Of a stretch of 64,000 nt of DNA, positions 35,072 to 46,000 are shown piece after piece. Source of the DNA: an uncultured Methanosarcinales archaeon. Lineage in GTDB: Archaea > Nanobdellota > Nanobdellia > Woesearchaeales > JAHJBD01. The notes below the pieces were generated by a model. The model ran no database searches. It was given only the letters and a program-made list of their open reading frames with translations, and was not told where the DNA came from. The stretch covers positions 10,956 through 74,955 of the forward strand of contig CAZHRT010000004.1 in assembly GCA_964534665.1 (NCBI GenBank), given 5' to 3'. Every line of letters starts with the position of its first letter. The stretch's first letter is position 1. Both the position numbers and the translations under genes were made by a program.

Positions 35072-38000
35072 GTGGATGATTTAAATATGTTTAAGAGTAA
35101 AATACTACTCATTTTAATATTGGCTCTTGCCGCATATAGTGTATCTGCTGCAGAATGTAGCGAATGTGGCGCACACACCACAGCATGTGATTGCCCTTCT
35201 TTTTGTGAAAATTCTGGAGATACTAGCGGTACTTGTGGAGATATTATACGTTGTCAACCAGTTGCAGGAAGAACAATATCTGAATGTAGTTCTTTTACAG
35301 ATGGTGCAGTATGTACATCATCACCTGGCTGTTCATTTTGTTCAGGGAGCGGTACTTGTTCATCTTTAACTAGTGCAGGCAAAAATACTTGTAAAAAACA
35401 GCCAGATTGTAGTTGGGACGAAACAGATGTTGACCCAGTCAACCATTTTTGTACTGGTAGTGCAAAATCTTGCTTTGATATAGGTTTGGATCCAAGTTGT
35501 ATAGCTGGCGATTTTTGTGAATCAGATTGTAATTCAGCAGCATTATGTAGTTGGGACACATGTGACGGTGCAGTTGAATCTTGTCAAAGTAGAACATCTG
35601 AAATCGAATGTCAAATTACGGGTAGCAATTGTTTTTGGATTGGCGATAATATTGATCAGGACCAAGATATTTACACCAAAAACGATATTTGTCGAACAGG
35701 AGAAACGCTTCAAATGGATTTTTGGTTATTAGATGTTGCCGATAGGGATGGCATTTGTCCACCAACAGATTGTATTGATGAACCAGGTGATTGTGCAGGT
35801 GCAGGTTACACTGGCGAGGCACTTACATGGTGTCAAAATAATCCTTATTTGATACATCCTGGCGTTTTTGATTTTCCAAACGATGGCATTGACCAGGACT
35901 GTAATGGTGCAGATTCAACAAAAGCAATAGATTGCGATTCATCCCTTTCAGCATGTGTTTATATTCACAAATTTGATAATGATGTTTTATCAGAACACCC
36001 AGTAGATTTTTATCCTTGTTATTTACAAGATCCAACTTGTAAAAAATGTGATCGTGATTATGGTTTAACAGACCCTTGTGTCAGAACATGTTCTGGGACA
36101 GATTGTTGGAAACTAGGAAAATATAAAACTATTATAAAAAGACATTCCAAAGAAGAATTCGAGTATTCTTTTGATTTTGATAATTTAGGTGAAACTAAAT
36201 GTAATAATGCAGACTGGTATGGCTCAGATGGTGTTTGGCGTGATGCTGGTTGGTTAGGTGCTGGCGGAGATTTAAATTGTTGTGGAGATGATAGGCCCTG
36301 GGTTTATGAAGGAATAGCCTTTAGACTTTATGAAACTGCAGCAGCATCCAGAGAATCTGTTTTTAGAGTTTTTAATGACGATCTACAAGATTCTTTTTTC
36401 TTAGGCCAAAGCTCACAAGCAAATTTGGTTAATTTGGAAGCTAAGGGGTATTCATGGGAAACTTTTTTGTATGCTCCACCTTCAACAGGAACTACTGGAG
36501 ATGAAGTGTGGGCACTATATAATCCATTAAACGGCGATAGGATCTTTACTACAGATACTAATGAAAAAAATACCCTTGTAGGTGCTGGCATAGCTGCTGA
36601 CTGGCACCCAACTCAAACATTTAGGGCACTTGGTCCAACAGAATCTCCCTCTACAACTATTGCAGTACACCGTTTTTATAATCCTGATAAAGGTATTCAT
36701 TACTTTACAAAAGACGAAAGTGAAATTGTTACATTAACAGATGGTCCAGAAATTTTTACTTGCGGCTCTGACATATTTACAGCATGTGTTGATTCAAATA
36801 TTGTCAAAGATGCAGATGAAGACGAAAATGTTTGTATAGGCTGTGGCCATTATCCATTAGATGGAAATTTAGGGGGTTTAGCTTGGAATGAGGAATTAGA
36901 TTCAAATAATTGTTGCGGTAACGAAGAAACTGATTGCGGCATATCTGATGGGCCAAACCTTTGCTATATGGATGATACCTCTTCAAGATGGATTGCAGGT
37001 ACACAAGGCGAAGAAAATAGTGTGGGTACCGTAATTAATATGCCTTGTGATGATTCTGATTATACATTATTACCTAACCTAGAATGGGTTCCATGCAAAG
37101 AAAATAGTTTTATGGCCCCTTTTTCACCAACAAAATTAAGGTTCCTGATTGGAGACGTTCTACACGAATATCTTTGTAAAGATAGTGAAATTCTTGCTTG
37201 TTGTGGTCCAGATAACACAAATGAAGATTGTCTTGTTCCATTAAGCAATGCTCGAACTACAACAGATGGCCCTGTAACAATTGGCACAGATACTTTTTAT
37301 TGTACTTCTTCATTTACATGGACAACTCAACCAGATGTAGATGAAGCCTCTTGTATTGCTTCAACAAATCCTGTTACTAGCACAAATAATGTTTGGACAG
37401 GCACAAAATGTTGTGGTGATGATGGTCTTGATGATGATTACTCAGACCATTTAGGGATTGGTGCTTGTTTAAATGGTGCAGTAATACCTAATGGTGATAA
37501 AGCAGCTAATGATCTGATTGTTGAAAATGGATTATTATATGGTTGTGTTGTAGATACTTCAGATTTTCCAGATATGTCAGAAGATATCATAACTCCTTCT
37601 GATCGTTGTGAGATAATTTCCAATAATTTCTGTTCATATTCTGGGGATTGGAGCACAGAAATTTCAACCAGGGATAATCCTACTTATCGTAATAGGACAG
37701 CAACTAAGCATGAATCAATTTCTGGTGGCACAACGAGTGCTTGTTGTGAAGTTAGCGAATGTTGGGATAGTAGAACTTGCGTTTCACATGGCACAATTAT
37801 CAACCAAAATTATGCCTGTATTAATGGTGATTGGGAAGACAGAGAACTTCGTTGGAAATGGGACTTCAGTGAAAACGGTTATTGTTTAAGTAATGATCAG
37901 TGCCTTGTAGAAGATCTTGCAAGTGCAACCGACAAATGCATTGATTCAGGAGAATACATATTTGACCATTATTGTGAAGAAGGGAACTGGACATCTAGAA

Positions 38001-40987
38001 CAAAACTTTTAGCAACAACTTTATTAGACATCGCGGCCGACAAGGTTTTTGCAAATTATACTTTGTTTTGTGACACTTACGATACTGTATTAAATTATCT
38101 TGATTACGAATCATTCAATTTTCCTGTAGGAAGCCGTTTTACTAAAGATCTTGCAGTATGCTCAGACCCTAATGTGGTTGAAACTAAGTCTTGCGTTAAC
38201 AAAGTCTGTGTTATGGAATTTCCTTTAATTGAATTTGGTGAAGAAGTTGTTGTTTTTGCAACGTCCTTAAACAATATATATGAAGAAGAGGATGTCCCAC
38301 TTAGTTATTTAAACACATTCTTAAGAGCTTACCATGAAACTTATGGAGATATTGATTGTAGTTCAGCAATGGATAACGATGGATTATTCCATTCTTGTGA
38401 TGGTGCAGATGCAAGAATTTGGTGGAATAACAAACTACAAATGATCATTACTTCATCAACAGCAATAACAACTACAGATATTCCTGGTGAATTTGGGCTC
38501 GCAGGCCTTAGTTTTACACAAAAAATAGCTTTCTTTTTCTCAAACCCTTTTGAAAACATATTTAATTTTATCAAAGGCGTTTTAAACGATCCTGATCGTG
38601 ATCCTAGTTTTAATCAAAAACTTGATCTTGATCAAACAGTACAATCTGAAATTTATGGGTTTATACGAAATACTACTGAGTTTAGTAGAATTTATCTTGC
38701 AAGGGATGGCCCAAGATCCATAAGGGGGATTTCTGAAGAAATCTATGTTGATCAAGAAGACTCTGGTAAAAATAAAAATTATACTTCAATTACTTATACT
38801 TGTATTAATGAAGACGTGTGTGGCAGTGTTTCAACTTTTGATGCAAAGGCTGCTGGCGACGGGGAAAGAATCTCTTGTACAACTGACGTAACAGGAATTA
38901 ATAGTTATGTTATTTCTAGGTTCCCTTCAGGTAGAGACACTTGGCTTGATTTAACAGCAAAAACAAGGTTATCTGGCACAAGCAATACTAATACAGCAGC
39001 CCCAAACATAATTACAATAGTTTCTAATCCAGCTTTAGCCACACTTAATCCAGATCAAACAGAAGCAGAGTTTGATTTACAATTACTTGGAGAAGGGTGT
39101 GTTTGGCCATTCACATATTTGTGGGATTTAGATGACAATAGCAATTTTGAGACAACTACTGAAGATCCAGAAACCTCAACAACAATATCTGTTCCTCAAA
39201 CGCAAGAATATGACCCAATTGAAACAATCGCAAACATAAAAGCAAAAGTTTCAGATGGCACACAAGAATCAACAGTTTATAATTTAGCCTTACCAATTAA
39301 AAAACTCCCACAAAAAACTAATGCACAATGTCCAAAAATATTACCTCGGCGCGCACATTGGAGCGATACTGTTAAAGACGGAACATTTGAACAAACATGG
39401 ACCAATGGTGCATATTCACCAGAAACAAAAGAATCAATATATAATGTTGCACCTAATGAATGCCATTGGACATGTGATGACCTTTATTATCTTTCAGAAT
39501 ATGATGATCCACCAATTGAAGAAGCAGTTGAACCACCGCCAGAAGAACTTAATCCAAGACCTAAATGGGACGCTGGATGTGGGGACTCTTGTGGTGAAGG
39601 CTTATTTTGTTTAGATGGTACATGTATTCCATCTCTTAATCATATAGGCGCATGTGTTTCAGCTTCTTATCAAGGTAGCCCAGTAACTTGTAGGGACCAC
39701 AATTATGATCTTACATCAGAAATGTGTACTTTACAAGGTGAAAACTTTGATAGTGATGGAACTACTTGTGACAATTCAAATTTAGACTCAACAAATCCAG
39801 ATTTATGTTATATCCATATTGAAAACTCTGTTGATAATGAGGGTAGAATATTCTGTCCAAATGGTTGCGTCTTTAGTGACGATCCCGCAAACTTGTATGT
39901 TTCATCTTGCATACCTGATAGGGACACCATAACACCCGATGATGAACCAGAAACTTCTGCTGTTGACCCAGAAGAACCAGAGGCATGTTGCTTAGAAACA
40001 CAACATAATGAATATGGTAGGTGTGTTTCAAACAAATGTTCAAAAGAAAATATCCCTTTATATAGTGTTCCATGTGAAGGGTATAATACAGGGGTACTTA
40101 ACCATAAATTTTCTAACCAAATAGTTTATTCTTGTTTTGGTGCTGAGAAATGTTCATATAAATGTGATATTGATACTTTACTTGACCCAGCTAGCGGGGA
40201 GTGTAAACCTTTAGGTACAATTTACGAAGTTGGCGATGACGTACCAGATATAGTTTGCGATTATTTAATTAACAACCAAGTCCAATGTACTATTACTCGT
40301 CCTAATTCTTATACTTCAGAAGATGGAATAGAACTCTTTTGGAGATATTATGATTCACAAGGTAATGTTCTTGCTGATTTTTGTGGTGAATGGTCTAAAA
40401 AAGCAAGTAATGGTTGTGTTGGAAATTCAGATTCATCTTATTATGATTCCATTTATTATGATGCAACTACTTCATCTAAGACAATAACTTTTACTGCAGA
40501 TTATTCAGACCTGGCACACATTGGTTTATGGACTCGCGGCTGGGAATTTATTAGTGTAGATAATTATGAACCTTCAGGGTGGTCTAATGGGTTAGATATT
40601 AATATTATTCCCTTAATTGATTGTAGTTATTCAAGTAGTGATAATAAAGCCACTTGCCAAATAACATCTTATTCTTATGATCCAACGGATGGCATAGAAC
40701 TCTTTTGGAGGTATTATGATGCTAATGGTAATATTTTAAAAGATTTTTGTGGAAATTGGGAACCAAATATTATTGACCACCCAGATTCTAATTGTGCTGA
40801 ATTAGGCACAAATCAAAATATATTTTATAATCCTACTACCTCAGTTCGTACAATAACTTTTGAGCCATCTTTTGCCACTTATCCTAATCTTGCAAGTTTT
40901 GGTATCTGGTCAAAGGGCTGGAAAAAAGATGGTGCAGATTGGGATACAACACCTTGGTCAAAAGAAGAGCTCACAACCCTATCTTAA
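35072..40987 (+). CDS. Giant secreted Cys-rich surface protein 1 (1971 aa)
   Basis: Signal peptide MFKSKILLILILALAAYSVSA|AE, an N-terminal region with >60 Cys, repeated R(F/I)(Y/F)(N/T)...G.H(Y/F)FT..D..E modules, and duplicated DGIELFWRYYD...DFCG modules near the C-terminus. Confidence 0.8.
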   Translation: MDDLNMFKSKILLILILALAAYSVSAAECSECGAHTTACDCPSFCENSGDTSGTCGDIIRCQPVAGRTISECSSFTDGAVCTSSPGCSFCSGSGTCSSLTSAGKNTCKKQPDCSWDETDVDPVNHFCTGSAKSCFDIGLDPSCIAGDFCESDCNSAALCSWDTCDGAVESCQSRTSEIECQITGSNCFWIGDNIDQDQDIYTKNDICRTGETLQMDFWLLDVADRDGICPPTDCIDEPGDCAGAGYTGEALTWCQNNPYLIHPGVFDFPNDGIDQDCNGADSTKAIDCDSSLSACVYIHKFDNDVLSEHPVDFYPCYLQDPTCKKCDRDYGLTDPCVRTCSGTDCWKLGKYKTIIKRHSKEEFEYSFDFDNLGETKCNNADWYGSDGVWRDAGWLGAGGDLNCCGDDRPWVYEGIAFRLYETAAASRESVFRVFNDDLQDSFFLGQSSQANLVNLEAKGYSWETFLYAPPSTGTTGDEVWALYNPLNGDRIFTTDTNEKNTLVGAGIAADWHPTQTFRALGPTESPSTTIAVHRFYNPDKGIHYFTKDESEIVTLTDGPEIFTCGSDIFTACVDSNIVKDADEDENVCIGCGHYPLDGNLGGLAWNEELDSNNCCGNEETDCGISDGPNLCYMDDTSSRWIAGTQGEENSVGTVINMPCDDSDYTLLPNLEWVPCKENSFMAPFSPTKLRFLIGDVLHEYLCKDSEILACCGPDNTNEDCLVPLSNARTTTDGPVTIGTDTFYCTSSFTWTTQPDVDEASCIASTNPVTSTNNVWTGTKCCGDDGLDDDYSDHLGIGACLNGAVIPNGDKAANDLIVENGLLYGCVVDTSDFPDMSEDIITPSDRCEIISNNFCSYSGDWSTEISTRDNPTYRNRTATKHESISGGTTSACCEVSECWDSRTCVSHGTIINQNYACINGDWEDRELRWKWDFSENGYCLSNDQCLVEDLASATDKCIDSGEYIFDHYCEEGNWTSRTKLLATTLLDIAADKVFANYTLFCDTYDTVLNYLDYESFNFPVGSRFTKDLAVCSDPNVVETKSCVNKVCVMEFPLIEFGEEVVVFATSLNNIYEEEDVPLSYLNTFLRAYHETYGDIDCSSAMDNDGLFHSCDGADARIWWNNKLQMIITSSTAITTTDIPGEFGLAGLSFTQKIAFFFSNPFENIFNFIKGVLNDPDRDPSFNQKLDLDQTVQSEIYGFIRNTTEFSRIYLARDGPRSIRGISEEIYVDQEDSGKNKNYTSITYTCINEDVCGSVSTFDAKAAGDGERISCTTDVTGINSYVISRFPSGRDTWLDLTAKTRLSGTSNTNTAAPNIITIVSNPALATLNPDQTEAEFDLQLLGEGCVWPFTYLWDLDDNSNFETTTEDPETSTTISVPQTQEYDPIETIANIKAKVSDGTQESTVYNLALPIKKLPQKTNAQCPKILPRRAHWSDTVKDGTFEQTWTNGAYSPETKESIYNVAPNECHWTCDDLYYLSEYDDPPIEEAVEPPPEELNPRPKWDAGCGDSCGEGLFCLDGTCIPSLNHIGACVSASYQGSPVTCRDHNYDLTSEMCTLQGENFDSDGTTCDNSNLDSTNPDLCYIHIENSVDNEGRIFCPNGCVFSDDPANLYVSSCIPDRDTITPDDEPETSAVDPEEPEACCLETQHNEYGRCVSNKCSKENIPLYSVPCEGYNTGVLNHKFSNQIVYSCFGAEKCSYKCDIDTLLDPASGECKPLGTIYEVGDDVPDIVCDYLINNQVQCTITRPNSYTSEDGIELFWRYYDSQGNVLADFCGEWSKKASNGCVGNSDSSYYDSIYYDATTSSKTITFTADYSDLAHIGLWTRGWEFISVDNYEPSGWSNGLDINIIPLIDCSYSSSDNKATCQITSYSYDPTDGIELFWRYYDANGNILKDFCGNWEPNIIDHPDSNCAELGTNQNIFYNPTTSVRTITFEPSFATYPNLASFGIWSKGWKKDGADWDTTPWSKEELTTLS

Positions 40988-41088
40988 AAAATTTAATTTT
41001 TCACATTTTCTAGTTATGTATATACATTAACAATTAATCAAAACTTTTATATTCATATTAATTCTAAATTATTAAAAAAAGAGGTAAA

Positions 41089-42711
41089 ATGGGTAGAAAA
41101 TCACAAATCACAATATTCTTAATTTTATTTATGGTATTATTAATCCTCTTTGGCTTTTTGTTTTTTGTACGTTCTCAAGTTACTGAAGCAGGAATCGAAG
41201 AAAAAGTTGAAAAAGCATTCAAAGATTTCCTACAAAGAACTTCCTTGTCTGTTTATGTACAAGAATGTCTTGAACTAACTGCTAAGGACGCGATTGTTTT
41301 GGCAGGAATTCAGGGAGGGATATTGTATGACTTACCAGGTTTACCCACATTTACAGATTATAATGGCCCTTACATTATTGGTGGTGAAAGGAATATCCCT
41401 TTTGATTACCAAGGAACAATTTATCCGTTAAGATTAGCTTTGTTACGTCCAAGAAATATTGGCCCACTTAATCATAATAATTATGTTTCAATTCCAGACT
41501 ATCCTTATTCTGGCGCATTACTAAACAAATCAATAATCCCTGATGTTGAAATGCTATTTAATTCTGATTCTGGAACAACTATCCAATTTCCAGCCCTTTG
41601 CGACAATAGAAACCAATCATCAAATTTTTATGGTGTTGTGGGTGCAGGATTTTCATGTGAAGATTCAGATTATAAATTAATTGAAAATACTCAAAACTAT
41701 CTTGAAAAAGAGATCTCTAATAAAATTCAAACATGTACCGATTTTCAGATATTTAAATCAGAACTAGGGTACAATATTACCGAAGGCAATCCCAAAGTTG
41801 ATGTTTTGTTTGGCGAAGAGGACGTTATAGTTCTACTCGGTTACCCTTTAATCATCACATTCAAAGGTAATCCTCCGTTAACCAAAGTTACAAATTTTAG
41901 TATAGACTTACCAGTTAGGTTTAAGAAAATGTATCATCTTGCAAAACATACTGTAAGGCGGGATTCCAGAGATATTTTTTATAATATCACCAATGTAATA
42001 GAACTTAATGATTGCTGTGTTTTAAATACAACAAGTCAAAACAATGAAAGAAACAACTGCACAGTTTCATGCTCACACCCAGGAATGGTAATAAACAAAA
42101 TACCTGACTATTGCCAAAACCGTGCTTCACAACCTTTTTGTAATATAACTGGAAATTTTACAGACATATTAAACATAACTGACAATCATTCTCTGATTAA
42201 AAATAAACCCCTTAGTTTATTTATAGCAATTGAAAATCGTCGACCTGCACTAGATTATATAAGTGCTACAGTAAATCAAAGCTTCCCTTATTATACATAT
42301 CTTGAAGAAAACTATGGTCCCAGTTTTGTTCCTGTTAATTTATATAATAAAACAACTGATCCTTTAAATACTGGGGATCAGATTCAAGTTTATGCTGGCG
42401 ATGAAATTCTGATTTTACCAATTGGCATAGATCCGGATGAAGACAATTTAAGTTACAAATACCATGGTTGGAAATCTAATAGGAATGTTCCCACAGGTTT
42501 TTGCTCAGGATATGGTCCTCAAGCTGGTGCAACGAACTTTTGGGAAACATCAAGAAATTATACTCTTGGTTTTAATACAACATCCCAATTAAGAAAAGAT
42601 GCAAAGATTATCACTATTCCAGCAGATGTTGATCCACATTGTATAATGATTAATGTATCTGATAATGAAGGATTAATTGATTATCAAGTAATTCATATTC
42701 TTGTTAAGTAA
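41089..42711 (+). CDS. Type-II-anchored extracellular protein rich in N-glycosylation sequons (540 aa)
   Basis: N-terminal TM IFLILFMVLLILFGFLFFV and ~17 N-x-S/T sequons (NKS, NQS, NIT x4, NFS, NTT x2, NCT, NFT, NHS, NKT, NLS, NYT, NVS ...). Confidence 0.55.
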   Translation: MGRKSQITIFLILFMVLLILFGFLFFVRSQVTEAGIEEKVEKAFKDFLQRTSLSVYVQECLELTAKDAIVLAGIQGGILYDLPGLPTFTDYNGPYIIGGERNIPFDYQGTIYPLRLALLRPRNIGPLNHNNYVSIPDYPYSGALLNKSIIPDVEMLFNSDSGTTIQFPALCDNRNQSSNFYGVVGAGFSCEDSDYKLIENTQNYLEKEISNKIQTCTDFQIFKSELGYNITEGNPKVDVLFGEEDVIVLLGYPLIITFKGNPPLTKVTNFSIDLPVRFKKMYHLAKHTVRRDSRDIFYNITNVIELNDCCVLNTTSQNNERNNCTVSCSHPGMVINKIPDYCQNRASQPFCNITGNFTDILNITDNHSLIKNKPLSLFIAIENRRPALDYISATVNQSFPYYTYLEENYGPSFVPVNLYNKTTDPLNTGDQIQVYAGDEILILPIGIDPDEDNLSYKYHGWKSNRNVPTGFCSGYGPQAGATNFWETSRNYTLGFNTTSQLRKDAKIITIPADVDPHCIMINVSDNEGLIDYQVIHILVK

Positions 42712-42936
42712 TACTTAACTTTTCTTCCATTTATTACTGAGTATGTAGTTATCTTATCTCTACTTATTAATTAATACCTCTGCTTATTAACTATTACTAA
42801 ATAATGTATCTACATACTAAGTAATTTTACTGTTTTAACTCTTAAAAATCAAAACATTTATATAAAATACATATGAAAGAATACTTTATATTACTTTTTC
42901 AATAAAAGTATGTAATCGTATGAAAAAGGGGCTTTA

Positions 42937-43080
42937 ATGAAAGAACGTATCACAATTACCTTAGATAAAGAACTTCTAGACTGGTTAGATAAAAAAATCG
43001 ACGATAAAGTATTTGCAAATCGTTCTCATGGCTTTGAGTTCTTATTAAAAAGGAAAATGGAGGACGAAAATGAAAGTTAA
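42937..43080 (+). CDS. Ribbon-helix-helix (CopG/Arc/MetJ-type) DNA-binding protein, 47 aa; below the ORF-track cutoff
   Basis: MKERITITLDKELLDWLDKKIDDKVFANRSHGFEFLLKRK is a beta-strand/helix/helix pattern typical of RHH. Purine-rich stretch AAAAAGGGG 6 nt upstream. The 3' end overlaps the ATG of the 2567-aa gene by 11 nt. Confidence 0.6.
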   Translation: MKERITITLDKELLDWLDKKIDDKVFANRSHGFEFLLKRKMEDENES

Positions 43081-46000
43081 ATTGTTCATATTCCTTGGTT
43101 TATTATTAGTACTATCTAGTTTCGTAGTTGCACAAGTACCCACCTTAGGTTATTGTCTAAATCCTGCAATTAATGGACAAAATCCTGAAGGCAGATACTT
43201 AAATTTAGAAGAACACTTTTGTAAAATTGATGCAGTTACAGTTGAAGAATGTTGTTCACCCACATTTATCTTATATGGGCAACCCGGTTTTCCTACTGAT
43301 GTAACTGATTGTGAGGATAATTATTTTGATACAGTTTTAGCTGATTTACCAGATGATATTGAAGCTAATTGTGATCTTGGCTGTTGTTTTGAACCAGGAA
43401 ATCAAGACCCACCTTTTTGCACTGAAAGAAAACAAGGTATATGTCAAGCTTTAGATCCAGGTAATGAATTTATGACTGGTTTTGGACCAGCAGAAGTCGG
43501 TATCGGTGACGCGTGCTATAAAAAAGATCCAACAACAAACATTGTAACTGCCTTTGATAATAAATGTAGTTATGCAGGTGCTGAATCATGTTCAGATTAT
43601 ACTAATGATGGTAAAACAGTATGTAGACAATCAAGATGTAATTGGTGTGATGTAACAAATAGTTGCGGTTCAACTTGTTCAGACTGTCTTGACAAACCAC
43701 TTAGTGACGATTTTCTTTGCACTGAATCACAAATCACATGTAGGGAATCAGAACTAAATAATCAACCAGCATGTACAGCTGCAGATTGTAAATGGTCTGT
43801 AAATAATTGCGATAAATCTTGTCGTCCAGGCTATACTGATCCAGATAATAACGGGGAATGTGACTTGTCTATTGATTGTAGAACTTTTGATGATGACGAA
43901 CAAACTTGTTTAGATGCAACCACTATTTCAGGTACTAACGCAGGTTGTTTATGGACCATAACTGGAACAGACTCAGGAAGCTGCAGTTTTGAATGTTTAT
44001 CAACCCAATATGTAGACGATGGGAATAGGGTATGTGAAGAATCAAACCTTTGTACTGATGGGGGATTTGTTTGTGCTGATGCTTGCCTTACTGTATCTGG
44101 ACATCAAGCGACTTTAGACTCTCAATGTACAACTACAGGATATGAATGTTGCGAAGAAGCTTCACCTCTCCCGCAAGGCTGTTGTGAATTTAGTTGGCAA
44201 TGTAGCGCAGATATTAATGGAGGCACAAGAATATTAAAAGATTTTAATAGTTGTCATTACGATTCAACAGACGAAGACACAGTATGGCCATGCACCCAAG
44301 AATGTTTCCAAGAATCATGTGCAAATGATTTTCCAATAAATAGCCCAAACAATGAACGTGCATTATCTGCTGGACAAACACATTGTTGGTGCGGTACTCA
44401 AGCAGTACCATTATCATCTACAGATTATTGTTGTGATGGATCAACACAATCTGAACAATGTGGCGAACGAGGTTCTGTTCGAGGAACAGTAATCAATGCA
44501 ACAGGCGATTTAGAAGAAAATGTTAATATTCTTATATTAAATACAAATAATCAAAAAGTTGGCGAAACAATAACTGATGCATCTGGAAATTTCTTTGTTG
44601 AAGGCCTACCTTATAGTTCTAATGTTGAATACATTATTTTAGCAACAAAAGGTCAATACCAAGATCTTAGACACCCGGTAATATTTACAGTAATAGATAT
44701 GACTAACATTGAACTTACCCTTATTTTAAAAGATGTTGGTGATTGTTATTCACAAAACCCACCAGCACCAAACAATTTTGATAGTTCCCCTATAAAGGGT
44801 GAGAAAAAAGTTAAACTCACATGGGATTATAATTATAATCCAGAATTTGCTGATTGTGCTGGACTGATTAATGCAATCTTTTTATACAAACAAGTTGGTG
44901 ACGGATTTGAATATATTATTCTTCCTCCTGAAACAACAGAATATATTGATGATGGGCGACACTTTGGTGAACTAAATTGGGGCAGTCTTAATGAGGAAGG
45001 CGAACCAGAATATTTTCATCAAACTTATGATTATCAGATTAAAGCACATTACATCACAGGGGTTATGAGTTCAGAAGAAACATCTCATTTTGAAATGGGT
45101 GATGAAATCTGTGAAAACATTTATGCAGATGAAGAGTTTTGTTGTTATGGTAGTGACCAATATTGTATACCAGATGGTCAAGAAACACGAATGAGGCGTA
45201 ATTGTGATGAAAACAATAAAATCTCAGCAGATGTTAATGCATTAACCCATATACAGAACATTGATGGGACAGATGTAACTTCTTCTTGTCCTCCAACCTA
45301 TCAATGTAATGGCCCAAATACTCTTGGTGAAACAAATTGTTTTAAAGATGTTAACTGTGAAGCTTTAGGCAACCCATTTGGTGTGTATTATGATCAATTA
45401 TCTTGTTATGGTATAGCTAACATATTTGAAAAACCATTTAACTATTGTTATTACGATGAAAGCTTAACAACAATAGATTCATGTCAATCTTGTACTTCAA
45501 CAACTTCTTGTTTTGATTATAAATCTGAATCAGCATGTGTTGCAGATTCGTGTGATGCAAGCGGATCTTATTTAGGCCCAGGAAATTGCCAATGGCAATC
45601 AACTTTTGATTCATTAGGCGAAGGATTTTGTTATGATGAAGATTATCAAGGAACAGATTATTGTAGTTTATGTACTGATACAGGCACAATTTTCAATAAT
45701 AATGATTGCAGCCAAAATGTTTGTTCAAAGTTAGGTAGTTGTCATGCAACTGAATTTAATTCTTGTAGTGCATGTCCAGAACAACCAGACTGTGAAATCT
45801 TTGAAACATCAACAGCATGTGAAAATGCAAATGGTCTGGATCAATCATTTGAAACAGATAATGGAGATTATTCAACATGTTATATTGATGTTGATCAAAC
45901 CAAACCAATACCTACTAATCTCATAGCGAGCGACGATGCATGCAATGTTGGCAAGTGTCAGTGGGATACGAATAACGGAGAATGTATAAAAGATTCTGAT

